Source: Leucoraja erinacea (lineage: Eukaryota). From it: a stretch of DNA of 64,000 bases. Under the pieces are notes generated by a model. That model did not search any database. It was not told where the DNA came from and saw only the letters and a list, made by a program, of their open reading frames with translations. Location: positions 31,248,001-31,312,000 of the forward strand of contig NC_073401.1 of the NCBI RefSeq assembly GCF_028641065.1, written 5' to 3'. Position 1 is the stretch's first letter; each line of letters starts with the position of its first letter. The position numbers and the translations under genes were made by a program. Shown here piece by piece: positions 37,817 to 47,100 of the stretch.

Positions 37817-38449
37817 CTAAGTGGCATCTGGAGATTCTTTTAAAAGGTCTTTAAATTGTTTTTTTCTTTCCAAATTGTCTTTTGCTTTCCTTTTTTTCTC
37901 TTGTTTTTTCCACTGTTGTTCTTTTCTTTCCTTCAAAACTTCACTGTTTATTCCTTTATAATAGACATCTAGTTTTTCTTGCAAAATTGATCTGGCAATT
38001 TTTCTGTTCTGATCCACCGACCTGGTTTGATGGCACTGGAGAAAATGAAAAAGGGACATTATCTTAAGGAGACTTTGTGTTTATTATTTAGAAATACTTA
38101 AGTGAAAATAAGTATCATGGTACTTGATTACGTGTTACAACGTGAGCATGTAAACGTTCTAAAGAGTTACCTTCACTACAATTCCAGAGGGAACATGCTT
38201 GAGCACAACACAGTTATTGGTCTTGTTGGTCGCCTGACCTCCTGGGCCATGTCCTCGGACAAACTGTTCCTCTAAATCATCTTCAACCACAGCAGGCAGG
38301 TCCACAAAGCCCTTTTTCTCGGCAATCAAATACAACAAAGTAGTAGGCTTGATATCAAGAAATTCCTTTGCTGAGTTCCATCGTAGCACGGACAGTGTTG
38401 GTGCTCTTCGCAACAACGGCAAGAAACTGGACAGAATGGAGGAAATCAT
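37817..38449 (-). CDS. MTRFR: Mitochondrial translation release factor in rescue (C12orf65), 165 aa: join(38449..38171,38035..37817)
   Basis: N-terminal mitochondrial-targeting-like peptide, [35 protein letters not shown]|[15 protein letters not shown]... with intact GGQ and a basic C-tail; GT-AG intron at 38036-38170; acceptor upstream of the ATG at 38480-38481. Confidence 0.96.
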
Positions 38450-38509
38450 CAGCTGTCAAGCTTAGTCTTAGGCAGTATTCTGAAAAACACAAGTTTGTAT
38501 TATTTAACG

Positions 38510-38905
38510 TTTGTTATTTATATCAATGACTTGGATGTGTATATAGGTGGGACGATGAGTAAACTTAAGAGATCCCACCAAAACGTGGTATGATAGCCGG
38601 TGAAAAAGGTTACCTGAGATTACAATGGAATCTTGATCTATTGGGCCAATGAATGGAGTTTAGTTCAGATAAATATGAGGTGTGCGTTTCGGTTGTCAAA
38701 CTAGAGCAGGACTTGCACAGCAAAAGATAGGGCCCAGGGGCGTGTTGCAGAGCACAGACCTAGGAATGCAAGTACACAGTTCCATGAAAATGTTGACACA
38801 GGTGGACAGGGTGGTGAGTGAAGAAGGTGTTTGGCATCGGTCAGGGTGTTGAGTGCAGGAGTGGGCACATCATGTTACAGCTGTACCAAACGCTGGAACG
38901 ACCAG
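38510..38905 (+). mobile_element. Old CR1 RT fragment in the MTRFR intron
   Basis: Degenerate IYINDLD...LQWNLD...VDRVV..KVFG...MLQLYQTL. Confidence 0.65.
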
Positions 38906-39086
38906 ATGTGGGATCGAGGAGTCCCGGTATAACTGATCTCAATGGGCATCCAGGAGACGGCCCTCCAATGAACATAGTTGCACCTCGTACTTGGGGAGGT
39001 GGTGGTGGATATCAGGGGACAATCATCCCAGCCCGGGACATCAGTGGTGTCGCACGCCCAATGATCTATTTGCCAATTAAAACTGT

Positions 39087-39213
39087 CTGAAGAAGGGTCT
39101 CGACCCGAAAAGTCACCCGTTCCTTCTCTCCAGAGATGCTGCCTGTCCCGCTGAGTTACTCCAGCACTTCGTGTCTACGGGGTAAACCAGCACCTGCAGT
39201 TCCTTCCCACACA
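39087..39213 (+). mobile_element. Short Penelope-derived repeat with hammerhead-like core (representative copy)
   Basis: CTGAAGAAGGGTCTCGACCCGAAAAGTC...GATGCTGCCTGTCCCGCTGAGTTACTCCAGCA...CCAGCACCTGCAGTTCCT; >15 related copies in the window. Confidence 0.75.
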
Positions 39214-39585
39214 CAACTATGCCTTCATGTTTTAGATTCCTGTTTCCTTAGAAATAGTCTTGACTATTCACTCATTCATTCACAAACCTCAGACTTCTTC
39301 ACTCCAGGAAACCCAGTGGCCGCCTGTCCAGAACTCCCCCCCCCGGCCCCGGCCTGTGTTTACACGGCCTGTAAACTGGGACCAGGCTGGTTGTGGGACG
39401 GGGATTGCAGCTCCTGCAGTCACATTACCTCATAGACTGGGGGTAAGACACAGAGACGGCGAAGTTACCATGCGATGTGGAGCCGACAGCGGGGGCGAGT
39501 GAGGCTGTGTCCTGAGCAGCGACGGGGCCAGGTGGTCAGCAAAGCTCCTCTATAATCTTTGATGGTCAGTGTCGGTCCAAGCCCG

Positions 39586-39595
39586 GCGCATGCGC
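39586..39595. promoter_or_regulatory. NRF-1 palindrome GCGCATGCGC in the MTRFR/MPHOSPH9 head-to-head promoter region
   Basis: Perfect match to the NRF-1 core within a CpG-rich region upstream of a mitochondrial-translation gene. Confidence 0.7.
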
Positions 39596-39609
39596 GCATC
39601 TCCGTGCCC

Positions 39610-40812
39610 GGCCTGTGGGGGGGGGGGGGGGGGGGCGCCCGACCTGTGGGGGCAGTACCGAGCAGTACCGCGCCCGGCGCCCGGCCTGTGGGGGCAGTAC
39701 CGAGCCCCTGGCCTGTGGGGGGGCAGTACCGCGTACCGCGCCCGGCCTGTGGGGGGCAGTACCGCGCCCGGCCTGTGTGTGTGTGGGGGGGGTTACCGCG
39801 CCCGCCTCCCGGCCTGGGGGGGGGCAGTACCGAACCCGGCCTGTGGGGGGTGTGTGGGGGGGGGGGGGTACCGCGGGGGGCCTGTGGGGGAGCAGTACCG
39901 CGCCCGGCCTGTGGGGGGCAGTACCGCGCCCGGCCTGTGGGGTGTGTGGGGGCAGTACCGCGCCCGGCCTGTGGGGGGCAGTACCGGCCTGCGGGGCCTG
40001 TGGGGGGGGGGGCAGTACCGCGCCCGGCCTGTGGGGCCAGTACCGCGCCCGACCTGTGGGGGGCAGTACCGCGCCCGGCCTGTGGGGGGGCAGTACCGGC
40101 CCGGCCTGTGGGGGGGGGGGGGCGCCCGGCCTGTGTGGGGGGGGGCAGTACCGCGCCCGGCCTGTGGGGGGCAGTACCGAGCGGGGCCTGTGGGGGCAGT
40201 ACCGCACCCGGCCTGTGGGGCAGTACCGCGCCCGGCCTGTGGGGCAGTACCGCGCCCGGCCTGTGGGGGGCAGTACCGAGCGGGGCCTGTGGGGCAGTAC
40301 CGCACCCGGCCTGTGGGGGGCAGTACCGCGCCCGGCCTGTGGGGCAGTACCGCGCCCGGCCTGTGGGGGCAGTACCGCGCCCGGCCTGTGGGGGGGCAGT
40401 ACCGAGCGGAGCCTGTGGGGGGCAGTACCGCACCCGGCCTGTGTGGGGGGGGCAGTACAGTACCGCGCCCGGCCTGTGGGGGGGCAGTACCGAGCGGGGC
40501 CTGGGGGCAGTACCGCACCCGGCCTGTGGGGGGGGGGCAGTACCGCGCCCGGCCTGTGGGGGGGGGGGGGGGGGGCAGTACCGCGCCCGGGGCTGTGGGG
40601 GACAGTACCGAGCGGAGCCTGTGGGGCAGTACCGCACCCGGCCTGTGGTGGGGGGGGGCAGTACCGCGCCCGGCCTGTGGGGGCAGTACCGAGCGGGGCC
40701 TGTGGGTGTGGGCCAGTACCGCACCCGGCCTGTGGGGGGGGGCAGTACCGCGCCCGGCCTATGGGGGCAGTACCGAGCGGGGCCTGTGGGCCAGTACCGC
40801 ACCCGGCCTGTA
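39610..40812. repeat. GC-rich minisatellite, ~40 units of CAGTACCG(CGCCC/CACCC/AGCGG)GGCCTGTG(G)n
   Basis: About 39 CAGTACC anchors counted, ~24-35 bp period, variable G-runs. Confidence 0.95.
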
Positions 40813-41031
40813 GGGCCCCGTCTGCCCACCGCCTCCTTCACTGAGAGACGCCCGGCCCATGACGGCAGCGTCCACACGCAGAGTCCTTGCGCCTCCAGCT
40901 CGGCCGGAGCAGGCCGCGGCCCGCGGACACCGGTACCGCCGGCAGCCGCCCTCACAGCGGCTACCACTCTATCTCTGCCTCTATCCATGGCTGGTCGGGG
41001 CAGCCTCTGCAGCAGGTGACTCGGGACCACC

Positions 41032-41144
41032 ATGGACGACTCAGAGCCAACTGTCAGCGCCAAAGCTGCAGGTCGCCAAGATGCTGAGGGGAAGGTGGCG
41101 GCCCCACGGTGCTCTGTGGCATCGGCGGCGGCGGCGGCACACAG
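41032..41144 (+). CDS. MPHOSPH9: MPHOSPH9 first coding exon
   Basis: Kozak ACCACCATGG; MDDSEPTVSAK...AAAHR|gtatgg; phase 2 fits the next exon. Confidence 0.7.
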
Positions 41145-44100
41145 GTATGGCCGGGGGGAGAGTGCTCATGGATCTAATCATCTCTTAACGTGTCTCATCT
41201 ACACCGTGAACACAAGGAACACACACACGGTGCTGGAGTAACTCAGCGGGTCAGGCAACATCTCTGGAGATTGAACTTGCTTTCGCCTTCCATCACAGTG
41301 AGGAATGTGGAGGATTAACTGTGGTGGATGTTTATGTTTAAATGTTTTCGTGTGTTCTGTTGCTTTCTCTTTGTATGACTGACTTGGCAAATTAAATTCC
41401 TCGTATGTTGCAAAACGTACATGGCTAATATACGTAGACACATAGTATTATTGTGATTGTGAACATGGATAGGGGACGTTTCGGGTCTGAAGAAGTGTCC
41501 TGATCCGAAAGATCACCTACCCATGTTGTCAGGAGATGCTGCCCAAAAATGATGCTGCCTGACCCGCTGAGTTACTCCAGCACGTCGTGTCATTAAACAT
41601 GTATAGTAGATTAGCCAGACCACCCATTGTGGATTTACCGAAGAAAATTGTTCGTTGAGCCAATCTCCGTTGCAGATAGAGAAGTTGGGTAGATGCTGGT
41701 TTAAACCGAAGATCAGACACTAGATGCTGGAGTAACTCAGCGGGACAGGCAGCATCTCTGGAGAGAAGGAGTGGGTGACGTCTCGGGTCCAGACTCTTCT
41801 TCAGACCTACTTAGCTTTTGACTTTTCTCGTTTTAACACTTTAGTTAACAAAAAAGGTCCCGATTTTAAATTTAACAATTAATATGATGAAGAGGGTTTT
41901 TAACGTCCGCCTTTGCGAGTTGATATTTTTTATCCTCAAAGGGCAAGCTTCGAGACTTTTGGTTAAACTCGCTTATTCAAGACACTTGAAGCAACTGGAG
42001 TAAAATAAACAGTACAGTGCAGTTATCCAGGATCAGTACTAGATACCAGGATAAACATTTCAGGTCGAGACCCTTCTTCGATTTAAACCAGCATCTGCAG
42101 TTCTTTCCTACACAGTAGATACCAGGAGTTGGTTCTGAGAAATGAAGACACGTGGAGCTTTTATCAATGAGGGCACATTGGGAAAGGGTGTTAGAGTTAA
42201 ATTTTAGCGTATCTACTGAAAACCAGATGCACTACTACATAAATTGGCAGAAATGGTTACAGCACTAAAAACAGGTCACTGGGCACCTAATATCCAATAA
42301 AAAACCCAATTTGTTAAGCACCTTAAAAAAAAAGCAAAGCGACCATGTATAGGAAGGAACTAGAGAGAGCTAGATAGGGTTCTTAAAAATAGCGGAGTCA
42401 GGGGATATGGGGAGAAGGCAGGAACGCGGTACTGATTGGGGATGATCAGCCATGATCACATTGAATGGCGGTGCAGGCTCTAAGGGCCAAATGGCCTACT
42501 CCTGCACCTATTGCCTATTGTCTATTGAACTGCAGATGCTGGCTTACACCAAAGATAGACACAAAATACTGGAGTAACTCAGTGGGAAAGGCAGCATCTC
42601 TGGATTGAAGGAATTCCTCCTATCCAGAGATGTTGCCTGCCCTGCTGTTACTCCAGCATTTTGTGTCTATTTTCACCTAATATCCATGTTGGCTTTCTAT
42701 ATGAGCCACCCTCCCTAGTTCTATCCCTGGCAGTTTCACCAGTGCTTTGAAACGTTTCTCAATGAAATAGTTATCTAATTCCTTCGTGACTTCCACCACA
42801 ACAACAGATTTCACCATACCTGTCAGGGAAGGACTTCCACAGTGAATGGAAAGTGAATTTATTTGTAAGGTTCTAGAAAATAAATACAAATCTTTGAATG
42901 AAGGTTTACACAGTTTTGGCAAAAAATGTGAAAATGGAAATCCTTTTGGTATTGGTTTATTATTGTCATGTGTCCTGAGATGCAGTGAAAAACTTTGTCT
43001 AGCCACTGAAATCATACCATACAGGAGTACAATCAAGCCATGCACAATCAAGCCCCCCATATCAGTCTGAAGAAGGGTTTCGGCTGGAAATGTTGCTTAT
43101 TTCCTTCGCTCCATAGATGCTGCTGCACCCGCTGAGTTTCTCCAGCATTTATGTGTACCCACAAATATAATAGGTTGTGTAAAGAGTAAAATAACCAGAG
43201 TGCAGAATATAGTGTTACAACTACAGAAAAAAAATATATACATTGCCAGGAACAAGATCATTTGGGATTGGGACTACACTCTTATCTTATGAGAGATCCA
43301 TCCGTTCATTTGTCTGATAACAGTGAGGAAGAAGCTGTACCTGAATCCAACGACACGTGCATTCAAGCTTTTGTATTTCTGCCTGATAGGAGAGGGGAGA
43401 AGAGGGAACACAGGGTGTAAGTGGTTCTTGATTATGTTCACTTTCTTGAGGCAGCATGCAGTGTGGATGGATTTATTGGGGCAGGTGGGGGAGACATGCT
43501 TATGTCTATGTTTTATGGCAGTATTAAAATATATACTGCAACCTAACTCTCTGTATAGGCATTAATATCAAAATACTGCTTCGGTAACCTTGTGCCTAAG
43601 TTGATTCCAAAGTGATAGTCAGTTCTTAGCTGGGTAAATATATTATTGTCAGTATCTCTGATCATTTTTGTACTCTACAAATTAGGTATGATTTTCATGA
43701 ACACTTGAAGAAAAAATTACCATTAATTAATCCAAGTGCTCTTCAAACCTTGGATCGTTTAATGCAAGAGATTCAAAACACAAGTCAGGCAGATCCTGAG
43801 ATCCTGAAGAAGTGTGAGGTTAGTTGTCTGTCATTCTGGAAATTAAATAATTTTACACCATTAATTCATGTACCACTAGGTATGTTTGTAAAGTCAGACG
43901 AACCAAGATCTTACTTATCTGCATTGATTTGTGATCTTGACTTTAAAACAAAATATTATGGATCATGTATAGATCATCCAAAGATTTTTGTTGTTGCTGT
44001 ATTTAAATGTTATCACTCTAAAGAATTATTTTGTTAACCCCCTGGAGACATTTAAAAGTCAAACCTGAAATTGGTTCCTTTAATTTTGTTCGCAGATTTT

Positions 44101-47100
44101 TTTACTTCCCTTCCTGGCCTTAGAGGAGGTAAATAGAGAGAGGGCGAGCAATTTTATTTTAAATCTTAGAGTTACTTTAATGTCCGCACTCGATGAAAGT
44201 ATTTACTGATGCTTAGTTACAGTATAAAAGGAAGAAAACGAGTATCTTCCTTTTTGACTTTCATGTTTTTGGACAATTTGTTATGCTGGTGGATGTGGCA
44301 GCTAGTTTGCAAACTTCCACCAAATAGCAACCAACCTTTTCACAAAGTTTGATATCAGTTGAAACTGTTGGTTAAGAATTTAGCCAACCTTTCCTATTCC
44401 TTGAAATCATTGAATCATTTTTATGTCTACATGTCCACCTGAATATGGATTCAGGGCCTATTGAGATTTGAACTTGCAATCTCCTAACTCCAAGGCTTTC
44501 AGTTAGGCAAGCGCTCCAGCATCGCCTCTCAATGTACATTGTTTATGTTATTGTAAGTTGTAGGCAGTTCTGTAAAATAAAATGTAATTATTGCACATAG
44601 TTGGATCAATACTGAGGCAGATAACATGTACTTTTGTGTCAATTGTTAGGCAAGATGGTTCCAGCTCTTTAAACTAGTGGAGAAGCAATACCAAGACCAG
44701 ATATTGTCCCAGCAGGACCAGTACCAATGTCAGATCCAAGTGAGTAAAATCAACATTATGGCATTTTTGATGGCTGTGTTAAGCTCATTAAAGTAAAAAA
44801 AAAACATAGTTCAGGAGTAATGATGAAGATCAGAAATACATGCAGAAAATCTCATCATCAGAACAAATACCAGGAACTGGGAGAATAGAATGGAGTCTTT
44901 AACATAGACATAGAAACATAGAAATTAGGTGCAGGAGTAGGCCATTCGGCCCTTCGAGCCTGCACCGCCATTCAATATGATCATGGCTGATCATCCAACT
45001 CAGTATCCCGTACCTGCCTTCTCTCCATACCCCCAGATCCCCTTAGCCACAAGGGCCACATCTAACTCCCTCTTAAATATAGCCAATGAACTGGCCTCAA
45101 CTACCCTCTGTGGCAGAGAGTTCCAGAGATTCACCACTCTCTGTGTGAAAAAAGTTCTTCTCATCTCGGTTTTAAAGGATTTCCCCCTTATCCTTAAGCT
45201 GTGACCCCTTGTCCTGGACTTCCCTACCATCGGGAACAATCTTCCTGCATCTAGCCTGTCCAACCCCTTAAGAATTTTGTAAGTTTCTATAAGATCCCGT
45301 CTCAATCTCCTAAATTCTAGAGAGTATAAACCAAGTCTATCCAGTCTTTCTTCATAAGACAGTCCTGACATCCCAGGAATCAGTCTGGTGAACCGTCTCT
45401 GCGCTCCCTCTATGGCACTAATGTCCTTCCTCAGATTTGGAGACCAAAACTGTACGCAATACTCCAGGTGTGGTCTCATCAAGACCCTGTACAACTGCAG
45501 TAGAACCTCCCTGCTCCTATACTCAAATCCTTTTGCAATGAAAGCTAATATACCATTCGCTTTCTTTACTGCCTGCTGCACCTGCACGCCTAAGATGCAG
45601 TGTGTGAGGAAGTACAGTCAAGATAGGCTGGAAACAAACGTCCATTCTTCACCTCCATCTCAAGAGAGGAAGATTCGGTGATGGACCATGGGGCCGTGAT
45701 GAACCAGTACGATAACTCCCTCGTGCTGCTCCCTATTGTCTTATTGAATTCCAAGATGTCATTATTTTCTACTGCCACTTTCTATCTTGCTCTTGCTTTC
45801 ACATTGTACATGATCAGTTACAAAGAAGATTTCTCAACTGAAAAATACCTGCTACTGATCTGTTCATGTTTAAATGTTGTCATACTCTTACTGTGGTCTA
45901 TGTCCACTAGAATGAAACTGAATCCTATGCAATCACCGTCAAGGATCCCATCAATCACAAGCCCTAAAGCAGAAACATCACTGATTGAGATGCCAAATAC
46001 CATAAGTGGAGGCAGGAATAAGCATCAGCTCCTCTTGCCAGATTGACATTCACTTTTTCACATGCGTCAAAGCCTCTTAATGTCTGAAATTCTACCCATT
46101 TCTATCTGTAATGTACTTGGTGACACCTTTCACAGTCTCTTTACCACCGAAGTGAAGAAAGTTCCTGATTCCAGCTGTAAATGGCAGATTTATGTTCTGA
46201 CGCAATGAAGCCTAGTTCAAGGTCACCATGCCAGGAGAAACATATATGCTGAATCTACCTGATAAGGGTTTTGGTTTCAATGGGATCGACTCTTGTTGCC
46301 CACTTTGGATTGTCCTGCTTCTTGTGGTGAGGATATACCAGGCCAGTTTACCTCGGGAGCATATGTCCAAACACCACTGCTGGGTCCCATCATTTAGTTG
46401 AGTTGGTGGGGTCAGTGAGTGCTGGTTGAGAGGCAAGGGTCAAGGGTTAACCTTTTCCTAAATAGCCATGAATTAAAATATGCGTTTTTAAAAAATATAT
46501 TGAAATGTGCTAGAAGTATTAAGTAATGCACAATGAGTGATATTATTTGTCGTGGTCAACTTACCCTGACCCTCTAAATTATGCTCTTGTTAAGATTATG
46601 TAATACATAAGCAAGATAACTTATTTGATAAGATTTGTGCATAAAATGTTATATTGCCAATTTTGTGTGTAAATTGTATTTTCAACCTGCCACTTCTAGC
46701 TTATCCAAGATGAAATCAAAGCACTAATTCAATTACAAAACGAAAATGGCCTCAAACATTGCACAGCCAAGTTACCATCCCCTTCAAAGCACTTAGGTGA
46801 CTTCGCTGGATCTGGTATTGCCAATGGCCACCATGTTAAGGAGTTGGAATCTGATGAACATTCTGACTGCAGTGCGATGGAAGAACAAATGATAGCTACC
46901 AGCCAATGTAATGACAACGACACAAGATTGACGTGTGCCAATGGGACATTTTTAGCACATGGACAACATATTTATCCGAGCCTTGGTACAGTAAATGAGG
47001 CAAGGCTGAATACTGCAAACAGTTCGCAGGCAACAAAGGAAAAAGATTCAATTCAATTCCAGCATAATCTATCCAGTCTTCCTCACCCGAAAGAAAATGT

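Noticed and set aside
39610-40812. CRISPR-like array
   Set aside because: There are no unique spacers (units differ only in G-run length and three variants), the context is eukaryotic, and no cas genes are present.
39465-41063. Long ORFs of 213-532 aa on both strands
   Set aside because: They are by-products of a stop-free GC minisatellite, giving repetitive G/P/R/A translations on both strands with no protein-family signal.
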